This document shows, in pieces, positions 1 to 11,095 of a stretch of 64,000 bases of DNA. The stretch's first letter is position 1; every line of letters starts with the position of its first letter. The DNA comes from Botryllus schlosseri (taxonomy: Eukaryota), in assembly GCA_051294905.1 (NCBI GenBank), contig CM119372.1:34660001-34724000 (forward strand), given 5' to 3'. The position numbers were made by a program, and so were the translations under genes. The notes under the pieces are model-generated. The model saw only the letters and a list, made by a program, of their open reading frames with translations. It had not been told where the DNA came from and searched no databases.

Positions 1-408
1 CATAAAGTACTCCGAATCATAGCTAGGGCCCCAAAGGGGCCTGGCTGCCCATCCAACAAGTCGCTGCTGAAGAGATTCGGCGTCCTAAACATAGAAGATA
101 TGCGGAAACTAGAAAACGCCAAGTTTATGTATCAGTTCCACTGTGGTCGTTGCCCCGAATATTTCAATGACTTCTTTACCTCGGAATCAAAAGCGCACAA
201 GTACAACACACGCGCGTCCACGTCGTCCAAATATCATATGATCGACCGAAAAGATCATCGCTCTATCAAATATGCCGGACCTGATGTGTGGAACAGTATC
301 CCGCCGGCCATCCGACAGTCGACGAGCATGTCCACATTCAAGTCGAAATATAAGCAACTACTACTAAATAAATACAGTCCATCCTCAAGATTACCGGACC
401 ACGACTGA
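1..408 (+). mobile_element. 3' end of a non-LTR retrotransposon ORF2 (CR1/L2-group-like), running off the window start
   Basis: Frame +1 is open from base 1 (HKVLRII...FGVLNIEDMRKLENAKFMYQ...HKYNTR...SIKYAGPDVWNSIPPAIRQSTSMSTFKSKYKQLL). The HxYNTR / WNSLP..IR....FK pattern is typical of the post-RT C-terminus of CR1/L2-group LINEs. A 3' tail follows to about 600. Confidence 0.8.
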
Positions 409-809
409 CCTATCGATCTCGCTTCCCATGACATGCCGCCCCATTTCTTGTCGCTTTCTTTTTCTATACTATCTTCTTTACTTTCATTCAGTGTGCATGC
501 CTCCTCTTTACATCGCCTAGGCCAAGGTGGGTGTCAGATTTCATAGACTAGTCCTTGTCGCTTCGACATCTTCCTGTCTCTTCATTGTATCGCATTTTTT
601 GTGGTGTATTGAACTGATAAAATTGCTAATAAACCAATGATCATGATGATGATGTTGGGCGATATCCCCGTTGAGCGATTCCATATTTTTTGATATTGCA
701 GACAGGGGGTCACGAAATAACATCATGCAACGAAGTCATACCAACGGGTTCGCCCGCCCGAATATGTTTAATTATTAGTAACGGGCCCTACAGTTTCCAA
801 GAAACCTCA

Positions 810-994
810 CAATGTTCGCTTTAAGTTTTGATGAGTCTGCGCACACTCAACAACTCACTGCGCTGACCCTTGGACAACAGTGCGTAACGACTAAAAAAAG
901 GTAATAACTCCGGATTTGTTGTGCGCAACGTAGATTTTATGTGCGCAGAGACCGTGTCAGCACTGCGCACGTGCGCAGCTTAGAGGGAACATTG
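810..994. mobile_element. Small hAT-like MITE
   Basis: Termini CAATGTTC...GAACATTG with imperfect flanking duplication (aacctcac/cacctcac). The same family bounds 45951-50150. Confidence 0.6.
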
Positions 995-1784
995 CACCTC
1001 ACTCAGCTCTACCGGTAAATGTGTTTACGTGAGCAGAGAGAGAATAAAAATTGATTTCAATTTACAGGCAATTCCCGATGATATTGACCAATTCAATCAT
1101 TAATTAGTGAAATTTTTCGCACTTCACGCGACTAGGCGAGAATAGCTGCCTCAGTAAATGAACGCCCAATGTAGATACCTAATAGGCTATCAGCAAATAG
1201 CGGACAGCCTAATGGGGGTCTGGGAGTGAAGTCCCCGGAAGTTTGGTTTATCACCCGATGGGGGCCCAGGACCAACGTTTTTTGTTTGGGGGGGGGCTGA
1301 CGAAGTGCTGTTACGGCCCTGGTAACGAATAATTGTACCTGCGGGCACGCCCGAATATGTTTACTTATTCATTACGTGCCCTTTATTTTCCTATACAACA
1401 GCTCACTCAGAGCTACTGGTAAATCTGATTACGTGGGCTGAGAGGATAAAAAGTTTATAGCGACTTATGTATGTAATTACCACCTATTCATTCATGCATT
1501 ATAGAAAATTTTGGTACCTAGGGCGACCAGGCCACACAAACTTTGCTCACCATCAAAATCATGATATGGGATTCGTGGGGGCGAAGCCCTCAGAAGTTCG
1601 GTTTATCACGCTATGGGTGCGCAAGGCAATCGTTTTTTGGGGGGTTGACGAAGTGATGTTACGGCCCTCCCTCTTACTCATTGTCTTTATTACATTCCTT
1701 ACAATATGAAGTTGGGGGGCGCTGGAGCACGATAATTTTTGAAAGGGGGCGCTGGAAGAAAAAAGGTTAAGATCCACTGTTCTA

Positions 1785-2312
1785 GGCTATTGTAAGACAC
1801 TTGTAATCGTATTGTCATTGATCTAACTAACTGTCCGAAGTGGATGGCCAGGCCCACTATAATATTCGTCAGGTACTATTGGATCGAGAGTTCACAAGTT
1901 TAAGGGGTGTATTGCAACAACTGCATAGTACAATGAAATGGCAAACGCTTCAAGCCAAACAAGACTTCCTCAAATTAAGTACACTCCACTGTACGTTTGA
2001 CTGACGTTGCCACACGGAGAAACGCATCCCCTATGGTTCCACAGCGGTGTCGACCCATTCCCTTTCCATAATAGAAGTCGTCCGTGCTAAAAAGATATCA
2101 ATCATAAATGACAAGCAAAGTAAAATATTAATTATAAAATGAGAAGACACTGACACGGAGCGAGGAAAAGGATACTATTACATCATAGTGTGATACAGTG
2201 GTCTGGACACTACCAAATAAAACGGCTCACTGAGACAGGGTTACCGCGGTTACGATATACGAAGATATAAATTTTACTCTGTTTGTTGCCCTGGAACCTC
2301 CCCTAATCAGCC
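1785..2312. repeat. Old dispersed repeat; second copy split across 34745-34981, 45894-45950 and 50151-50343
   Basis: Collinear shared blocks: gatctaactaac.gtc.gaagtggatg, agtacactccactgta, cacagcgg.gt.gac.cattcc, gcaaagtaaaata, gacactgacacg, gggttaccgcggt, tacgaagatata. Confidence 0.75.
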
Positions 2313-3001
2313 TAGACTTTTTACATTGCAATTGAGTTCAGCATTGCAGCATTCTGGCCACGGTGCAGACGGTGTAGACTAGGGTTATGACTTGGAAAAA
2401 AATTTACCCGTTGCAGGAATGAATGAACATTTTGGTATAAATTATTAAAAGTATATTCATTTTGTTCAAATCGAAAAAAAATCGTCGCGCACAAACTAAC
2501 TTCAAATTTCCTATGCATCATATTCCTCTAAATCGGTTTCTAGACCGCTTAAAATATCTTTAGGTGTTCTACTTTCGCCTTTTCCAACACCCAATTTGAT
2601 TTGTGTCAGACAAATTGAAATTATATGATGGATACAGTCTACATATAAAATCGAAATTAATAAATATTTATTAATTATTTAATGTTGACTGTAAACAAGA
2701 ACAGGATAGGATTAATTCAATCTGCGCAGTCAGAATTCACCAGAATATCATTTTAAATCTTCGCAATTGGAATTGTGTCAGTTAAATTCAAATCAGTCGC
2801 TATATATATTATATAGCCTGTATCTACAAAAGAAAGCCTATCCTTCATATGGTGAAAACTGGAAAATGTTTGTGCGGGAGGTTTTTGTTTAAACAGTCTT
2901 CACTTTTGTGAATTTTGAAATCACGATAAAGTTGATCATTTGTCACTACAGAATACACAGAATTTTGAATTTTATTTCCAATTCATATCCCTAGTGTAGA
3001 C

Positions 3002-3310
3002 CAGCGGTTCTCAAACTTTTTCGACACGACCCCCCCCCCCTTTTCATCATAGTAAAAAATTTCGCCCCCCCTCCTTATCGTCATATCACAAATTGCAACC
3101 AGAATGCTAGCAATCCCGACGAATAGTTTCATGGCATAGAAGGTTATGACTGTCGATGAGAGAATTCTGAAATATTTATTTCGGACTATACACAGACCAA
3201 TAACCATGAATCGGATTTAAATCGTGGAAAGCGCGAAAAATGGAGACCGCAGCTTCGCGATTCCCTTCAGATGCTTTCACGCCCCTCTCCCCTCAGTTTA
3301 ATAACCACTG
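3002..3310. mobile_element. hAT-type MITE
   Basis: Termini CAGCGGTT...AACCACTG. Perfect 8-bp TSD GTGTAGAC at 2994-3001 and 3311-3318. Confidence 0.85.
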
Positions 3311-3548
3311 GTGTAGACGGTGTCTGCGACAAAAACAGTCATAAAACGGCGTGGTTGTGTTGGTGTGATCAAGTGCATATTGATAGAATAAAAAAAGCTC
3401 TTGATACCGAATTGAGAATCATTTCCCGAATCAAATACGGTAATCGGTCAAAACCATGTTTAGCACTTAATAGTTTTAAAAATCAGTCATGCGCGACATT
3501 CATTTCAAACATTTCCAGTATACTTTTGTCTACACCAAAATTGGAAAC

Positions 3549-4290
3549 TAACATATAATACGAAAGCCAGCTTCACGGTAGACCTACCTGGCATATTTTT
3601 TACATTGCTATTTGATTGCAGGTTGTTCTAAATTACATTACACAAACACTTATGAAAATTATGAAAAGAAAAAAGGAAAGGTGGGTGGGTGAGGGGTATT
3701 ATGGCACTCAGCATCTAGGGCTTTGCGCACATGCGCCTGGCCTGAGTGGTAGGGTGGATAGGGGTCTATATTCCTCTTCCAGTCAATATCACGTAATCTA
3801 TTGATGGATGTGCCGTTATAGGATTGCTCAGTAGTACATGAAGGTCCGTTGGAAGGTGTTGCAGATTACACGCCCCAAGTAGGTAACCTCTTTAGGATCG
3901 GTAACGCGTGCATGTAAACAAGAAGTGTTCGAACGTTTCGGGCACTTGGCATCATTCACAGGGACCATTGTGATGCTGGCAAATTCGGTGCTGGTATGCG
4001 ACTGTGCATTTAGTCAACAGTGTCCTGTCCGAAGACGAATCAGGATAGAGTTTTCACGCTGTGTCACTTCATGTAGCTGAGAGGTAGTACCGAGCGAATT
4101 CACCAGGCGAACATATCTGAAGCTCCATCTCTGATCCCGTATTATTCTTCCTAATTAACATATAATACGAAAGCCGGCTTTACGGTAGATTAACCTGGTA
4201 TATATTTCTCATTGCTATTTGATTGCGAGTTGTTGTAAATTACATTACACAAATACTTATGAAAATTAGGAAAAGAAAAAAAGGATAGGT
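3549..4290. repeat. ~135-bp diverged direct repeat (3549-3682 and 4156-4290)
   Basis: taacatataatacgaaagcc...ttacattacacaaa.acttatgaaaatta.gaaaagaaaaaa occurs twice, about 607 bp apart. Confidence 0.8.
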
Positions 4291-4364
4291 TATAAATTGA
4301 AAAAAATCAATGGTATGAAAAAATAATTAGAATTTCGAATTTAGCGCCCGATAAACGAGGATCA

Positions 4365-4625
4365 TCAACGAAAAACTCCAATAACTCCGCTTCTACTAGT
4401 TGGAATTGAGTCAAATTTATTTTGCATCGTCTCCGAAGACAGCTCAACAATTTCATAGGGTTGTCAGAAAAATTTAATTTCAATTTTTTAATTTTTCCTA
4501 ATTAAAAAAATTAATTGGATCTGCAGAACCTTATACTTGTTAGAATTGAACTAAAGTTGGTGTGCAGCGTTTTTAGGGTAACCTGACAATTTAATGACTG
4601 AATGGCTGGAATCCAGAACAAAAAG
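4365..4625. mobile_element. Diverged fragment of the TAGGGTTG fold-back MITE family at 8381-8998
   Basis: aaaaactccaataactccgcttcta...gaagacagctcaacaatttcatagggttgtcagaaaaattt matches about 8718-8822. Confidence 0.7.
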
Positions 4626-4859
4626 TGTACACATGTACACTCGCTGAAAGACGTTGAGTGTGTGAGACTTTTCTATCGCTTATATATCTGGGAAAGTGCT
4701 TTCACAATTTGATATGTTACCAAACACGGCGCACAGATTTAAGGCAAACGCATTGGTAATCATGTCCACTCAAACATTTGGTTCAGTTCTGTTTATTAGC
4801 AATTTCTATGAGTTCGATACAACTGATTGGTTGACCGACGGAACCAAATTATGAAAACA

Positions 4860-6595
4860 ACTGGGAGAAAATCAGGCTAAGTACACGAGATACAGGAAAC
4901 ATATTTACAAATATGGAAAAATTATCTCGTATCGAATACTAAACGAAGCATGTTTCACAAGAAATAAAAAGGAAGAAGCAAACTGGATCCAGTCCGGACA
5001 AAAAATGCTGAAGACAAAATGCAAACTGTGCGGCACTGAAAAAGACACCCTATATCACATGTACGTCGAATGCAATATGTATAAAAATATATTTTATGTC
5101 ATCAGGGAAATTATAGAAAATACCGTTCGAAGCGACATAGACGCCACGGGACACGAAATCTACGACAACAGCTACGATGGACCAAACAAAATAATGGTAC
5201 TGAAGACCTACACCAGAGGTCTCAAACTCAAGTGTGCTCGCGGGCTAATTGCCTACTTTTTGATGGCGCCGCGGGCCGCAGCACCAATAATAGGGGAATT
5301 CAATGTATTTCCAAGTAGGCCATATTTGACGGGACCTTGCAGACTGACATTCCACACGCATCGTAAAAATGTGATTTACTATTGTGAATCCACGCCTGGC
5401 ACGAAAAAAAAAACATTTTTAGATATTTGAATGTTTGTCAAATAGTTGTCGAGACCATGCGAGAGTACAAATGCATCAGGACAGCGTAAAAGCTGTCGCG
5501 TTATAATTTTGCAGCTATAGCGGACATTTGACGTGCCGCAATTATAGGTAGAATTTTAGAATTCCACAAAGATTGATCTGACATCAGAGCAGTAGAGCCT
5601 AATCCGGGTCTCCGGTATACTCCGGATAACAGGCTATTGATCATGTCATTGCCATATGTCAAATTAAATCAGTGTTAGATTTACCTTCGAATATTTCAAC
5701 AGATCAATAACAACTTGAGTGTAATAATTACTGTGTCATGGCAATAGAAATGTCCAATCGCCGAAGAATCCATTCGTGTTAAAGCTGTGAAGCGTAGGCT
5801 ACGACTACTTTATAGTCACCATCGCGATTATAACATGGATAAAGATACCCAAGATGACACAGGATGTAACCAACTAAACATCAAGAAGGCAACATAATGT
5901 CAATGGTTGCCATACCGACCTGCTTATAGATATCTAAATAAGCTACGAGACGCAAGCTACGACCTTTTGACATTTTACTATTTTCCATGCCAGTTTAATA
6001 GTTTGTGGCGCCCGTGGTTGTACCAAGTCACGGCGTTCCGCGTCACAAGAGTCCTTCTATGACTGTATCTTTCAACGCAACTCAACTCGAGCCATTTATA
6101 TTTTATCACCCATTGAGTCCGAGTTCGAGCAATTCTACAGAAGGTCGCGCCCAATTCCAAATCACAATGTTCAGTACGAATCATCAACGGGTCATGTTCA
6201 ACTATCATAAACAAGTAATGTCACGTAAAATAGGTAATCTTTCACTGAGTCGTAACTTTTGAAGGTGATGTCTTAGTGAAGTTTGATGAGTAGTTTCTGA
6301 CTTCTGGAGTAGTTTTATAGCGAATATTAAGTCCTCAAATTAAAAAATGGGAGTTAAATATTGTCGAATACTTCGAAATCCCAAATGCCGTCGCGGGTCG
6401 CACAAAATGATCTTGCGGGCCGCGTGTTTGAGACCTCTGGCCTACACCATCGCCAAACTCGAGATATTGAAATCAAAACGTCCACTTGATATTGCGAATG
6501 AATATGCGACGAAGGACCGAATACGGGCAATAATTAACAGCATATCGAAGAAAGTGGACAGAGAATTACGCGAACTATCGAACAACACGCGATAG
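4860..6595 (+). pseudogene. L1/Tx1-like LINE ORF2 C-terminal remnant with CCHC zinc knuckle, interrupted by a hAT MITE
   Basis: ...ISYRILNEACFTRNK...CKLCGTEKDTLYHMYVEC (C-x2-C-x8-H-x4-C). Removing 5214-6439 plus one TSD joins ...MVLKTYT in frame to IAKLEILKSKR... Confidence 0.7.
5214..6439. mobile_element. Non-autonomous hAT element (Charlie-like)
   Basis: TIR CAGAGGTCTCAAAC / GTTTGAGACCTCTG, subterminal GCGGGCCGC motifs, TSD acctacac/gcctacac (7/8). Confidence 0.85.
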
Positions 6596-7149
6596 GCCTA
6601 AAGGCGACGCAAATAACCGTTTTTACACACGATTGCAAAATGTAGTAAATATGCTGAAATATGACTACATGCACTATTTGATATATAAAATTTTTCCCGC
6701 GTATATATGCATATTGCATAGTCATTCCATATACATGTACTTATATGATTATATATTTTTACGTAAATATGCATCGCCTTTTTCATTTTCCGTATGCAAA
6801 TAAAACTGCCATTTCGTGTTTCAAAATATCATAATTACGAAGATTGGCAAATTACTACAAATGGACAAACCCAGAACATAGAAAATTACCGAGATACAAA
6901 CATGACTGAAAATATAAGTTCAATTTCGTCACGCTCTAATAACACCGCTCACATTCACCCTAAAGACTATGAACCCAAGGACCATCTATACATAAAAACA
7001 ATGGTGAAGGCGTATGAGAAGTGAGATCTTAAGTCTAGCCATCAGAGATTCACATAGGCATGCACTTTTTCTTTTCTTTTCGTGCCTTGCTTATTATGCT
7101 TTATTGTGCACTTTGAAATAAAATCACTAAAAAAGATACACCACAAAAA

Positions 7150-7792
7150 ATTGCGATACAATGAAAAGATAGGAAGGAGAGGGAGAGAAGACGACTTGAA
7201 GTAGTCTTTGGAATCAGACACCCACTTTGGCCTAGGCCAGTGGTTCCCACTCTTTTTCGGCCGATCGCTCCCTTTTCAAGCTCAACACCGATCATCGCCC
7301 CCAAGTTTTGTGTACCGAAAAATGGGCATACAAACTGTAATCACCGGTGGGTTGACTAAAAAAAAAGTCAACTTTCCGGCCCGGTGTTGAATTTGAGACT
7401 TTTGCAACGAAATTTCCGTGGGTTGACTAAACAAAAAAAGAAAAAAAGGTCATCCGTTTTGACGCGTCATCGCCCCCCTCGCTATTTTCGCCCCCTGTCG
7501 CCCCCTTTGTCCATTTTCGCCCCCCCATCGCCCCCTTTGTCATTTTCGCCCCCCTGGACCGCCAAATCGCCCCCTGGGGGGCAATATCGCCCATGTTGGG
7601 AACCACTGGCCTAGGCGATGTACAGAGGAGGCATGTACACTGAAGGAAAAGTAAAAGAAGATAGTATAAAAAATAAGCGACAAAAATGGGATGGCATGTC
7701 ACGAGAGGCGAGATCAATAGGTCATGTCGTGGTCCGGTAATCACGAGGGCGGATTAGTATTTGTTTCGTAGAATTGCTTGTCGACTGTCGGA
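7150..7792 (-). mobile_element. Second, truncated copy of the LINE 3' end seen at ~310-600, inverted and split by a MITE
   Basis: Reverse complement matches ttaccggaccacgac...tatactatcttctt...catcgcctaggcca..gtgggtgtc from 390-540. Confidence 0.75.
7238..7608. mobile_element. hAT-type MITE with TCGCCCC subterminal repeats
   Basis: TIR CAGTGGTTCCCA / TGGGAACCACTG. Perfect 8-bp TSD GCCTAGGC at 7230-7237 and 7609-7616. Confidence 0.9.
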
Positions 7793-8380
7793 ACCAGGGA
7801 ACCAAAAGTTGTACATAAAATGCGCTCCGGCTTCGGCTTAAGAGATCAATTTCCCCAGTACGAAGAGCACAATAACACGGATTGCCTGTTCGTTCAGTGC
7901 AGACGTCTGTCCATAGCTAGAATTAAAGTAGGCGTTGTCCAACTAATATGCAGAAGTACCCAACTTATTCGTAGATTGCTAATGTAATGTTTAGTAGCCT
8001 GTATATATTTCCTTTACCATGCAATTATATTATTCCGGGTCTAATACTCTCATATTAGCAAGGCACGTGGGGCAGGGAATTGTGCCATTTTGTTGTATTG
8101 GATTTTTCCATTTGCGACTTTGCTCGTAAACTATGTCTTCAAGTACCCCGATATAATGCAACGAACAACACATTCATATTCGCAATTTATTAACTCTAAG
8201 CTTTTCAACTGACACTCATCGGGAGCGGCCGTCAGTAAATACGAAGAAACCCCTACTTGAAATCCTAATATAAAATATGATCCTATCGACGAAAATATAC
8301 ATTGTCGTCGGCGGACATCCTATATTGAATAACGCACTTATTGTTGCTGATGATCGAAATGAATATGGAGAATTGAACAT

Positions 8381-8998
8381 TAGGGTTGTTCAAAAAAAAC
8401 TTTTTTTTCCAAATCTCACTCGCCTATTGACTAAATCGTCAGGTTGTCCAAGAAAACGATGCACACCAAATTTGACTCAATTCCAACCAGTAACGGCCGT
8501 GCAATCTTGAATTTAAATTTTTAAATTATTATTAAAAATAAAAAAATAAAAATTCTCAAATTTTTCTGTCAACCCCATGAAATTGTTGAGCTGTCTTCAA
8601 AGACGATGCAAAACAAATTTGAGCCAATTCCGACTTGTAGAAGCGGAGTTATGTGAGTTTTTCGTTGATAAATCGCGGATTATCCACCAATCAAGGATAA
8701 TCCGAGAATTAGCAACTAAAAACTCCAATAATTCCGCTTCTACAAGTCGGAATTGGCTCAAATTTGTTTTGATCGTCTTTGAAGACAGCTCAACAATTTC
8801 ATGGGGTTGACAGAAAAATTTGAGAATTTTTATTTTTTTATTTTTAATAATAATTTAAAAATTTCAATTCAAGATTGCACGGCCGTTACTGGTTGGAATT
8901 GAGTCAAATTTGGTGTGCATCGTTTTCTTGGACAACCTGACGATTTAGTCACTAGGCGAGTGAGATTTGGAAAAAAAAGTTTTTTTTGAACAACCCTA
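8381..8998. mobile_element. Fold-back MITE with ~270-290-bp inverted arms, hAT-like
   Basis: Termini TAGGGTTGTTCAAAAAAA...TTTTTTTGAACAACCCTA with near-identical arms. Perfect 8-bp TSD TTGAACAT at 8373-8380 and 8999-9006. Confidence 0.9.
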
Positions 8999-9031
8999 TT
9001 GAACATTCGTAGCAGCGAATACGGAGAAAAT

Positions 9032-9216
9032 ATGAGGGCACTGCTAGCGATTCTCGTGTGCATCATATACTTCGATACGGTATCTTACACAGTACTTGGA
9101 AAGAAAACAGTCATTGAGCGATTTTCTGCAAACGCAATGGGCGACTCTATTCACACGAGACTTCATGATACCCACAACTCCGGTATACTGGACTGGACTC
9201 CACCCGAGGAGACAAA
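9032..9216 (+). CDS. Candidate first coding exon of a secreted host protein
   Basis: ATG at 9032 starts MRALLAILVCIIYFDTVSYTVLG (signal-peptide-like), then KKTVIERFSANAMGDSIHTRLHDTHNSGILDWTPPEET. A GTAGGT donor-like site at 9217 (phase 2) overlaps the in-frame stop. Confidence 0.45.
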
Positions 9217-10799
9217 GTAGGTGCACTTAGTGCAGGGTTGCCTTATATCCGGAATTTCCCGGACATGTCCGGAATTTCACCGTTAAAACTGCGTCCAGGA
9301 GGAAATTCTAAAATAAGCCAAAATGTCCGGAATTTTGAATGCTTGAAATATGATCAATTTTATGTCGTATATTAACATAAACGATATATTATATTGGGCA
9401 GATTTATGCCACTTGAAAATTCTCTTCGCGCTATGCGAGATTAAGCGTCACAATCATTGATTTGAAAATGCGTACCACCGCTCTCGCAATACATGCAATA
9501 AAAAATAAATATAAATAACCATCATTTACTAAAATAAATCTAATTGTAATCGCAATTGTAGGAGAACGGTATATTCCTAAAGTCGGTAAAGCCGTTTAGA
9601 TGCTTTAATCTGGGGTTCGCGAAGATGTTGTTCGTATTCAGCTTCCGAAATAGGCAGTGAGTAAGTCTGGGAAAAGGTGCTGACCGATTTACAGTAATCA
9701 GCTTATCAAATTCTGAGCTGGGCCACAAAACATTTTTAAATTAGAAATGGAGTCGCGACCATGAAAGTTTGAATACCACCGCTAACTATGATCATGTAGG
9801 TGAAGAGAGGATCACATTTTATAGTCATATATGGAAGAACCAGTGTTGGGATCAAGTCACTACTTTCGAGTCACGAGTCATTTCGAGTCATGGCACATTT
9901 TGACTTGAGTCAAGTCAAGTCAATCGATTTTCAAATATTACTCGAGTCAAGTCAAGTCACTTGATTTTTGGAGGTGACTCGAGTCAAGTCGAGTCAGGTC
10001 GAGTCAAGTCGAGTCAAGTCGAGTCAAGTCGAGTCAAGTCGAATCAAGTCGAGTCAAGTCGAGTAACGTCGAGTCAAGTCAAGTCAAGTCACGAGTCAAG
10101 TCAAAATTCAAGTCAAGTTGACTTTTCGAAGTACGAGGCATGATTACGTCATTGCATTTTGCTAGCTGTCTGAAATACAGATGGAGTGGTCATTGATTTT
10201 GAACCGATGAACGAATATAGAGTTAAATATACACACAAAAAGGCGCTGTATCGCTCACATATAAGTGGAACTGCTAAACTACGTAAATAATTGCATATCC
10301 TCAGTCATAGTTACCAGCCAAAATAGAGAATAGAGAAACGAATTGATAAGATGCCATACATTACCCATTTACAAATTGATATGATACAATTCGAGCCTGC
10401 GCCCATGGTTGAGGACTCTATAATCTATATTTGATTTCAATTTCAATAAAACAAGAGGTTTGGTGAAGGTAAGAGCAGAGAACAGTAGTATACATTTTGC
10501 TCTAAAATTACTTTACTATACTATAAGTTTACGACAACGTAAGCTGTGAACTTCGGTCAATTCGTTTGCGGTCAATTTATTTGTGAGAGAACAATGGAGC
10601 CTCAGTAAAACGCACGATCATTAAATGATTGGTCGCTCTCACGGTTACACCAACGGTTCGCGAACAATCCGATCATATGCAAGAAACAGTCGCTTTTATC
10701 GACACCGATTACTTTATGACTTGAAATAGACTCGTGAATTTTGTTCCGAGTCACGAGTCAATGCACATTTCTGATACGCCAGTAGTTAGTATGATCGCT

Positions 10800-11095
10800 C
10801 GTGATGTGGCAGGGGCTCTTATGGGCGGGGTGGTGAGGTGCCTGAAAACCGGGGGTGGTGAGGTGACCCTTATCTCTTATGGCGGGGGTGGTGAGGTGCC
10901 ATGTGTTCTTATGGGTGCGGTCGTGATTCGCCTTTTCGGGTATAGGCCGCGGTCGTGATTCGCCGTGAAAACTCGTGGTCGTGACTCGCCTTTTTTGCTA
11001 TAGGCGGTGGCGGTGATTCGCCTGTTATGTATTCTTACGGGTTCTGCGGTGATTTACCATGTGTTCTTATGGGTGCGGTCGTGATTCGCACTTTC
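10800..11095 (+). repeat. GC-rich subterminal repeats of element 1 (mirrored at ~23825-24120)
   Basis: Reiterated GGGGTGGTGAGGTG(CC) and GGTCGTGATTCGCC / TCTTATGGG motifs. Confidence 0.85.

Noticed and set aside
1785..2312. Duplicated host coding exon
   Set aside because: The frames I translated in both copies contain stops and gave no recognisable protein, so it is kept only as an old repeat.
3925..4115. Possible Penelope-type hammerhead ribozyme near CGAAACG / CTGA motifs between the direct repeats
   Set aside because: I could not find an intact CUGANGA core with pairing stems on either strand.
9961..10143. ORF with SSQVESSRVK repeats
   Set aside because: It is only a translation of the (GAGTC/AAGTC)n MITE repeat.
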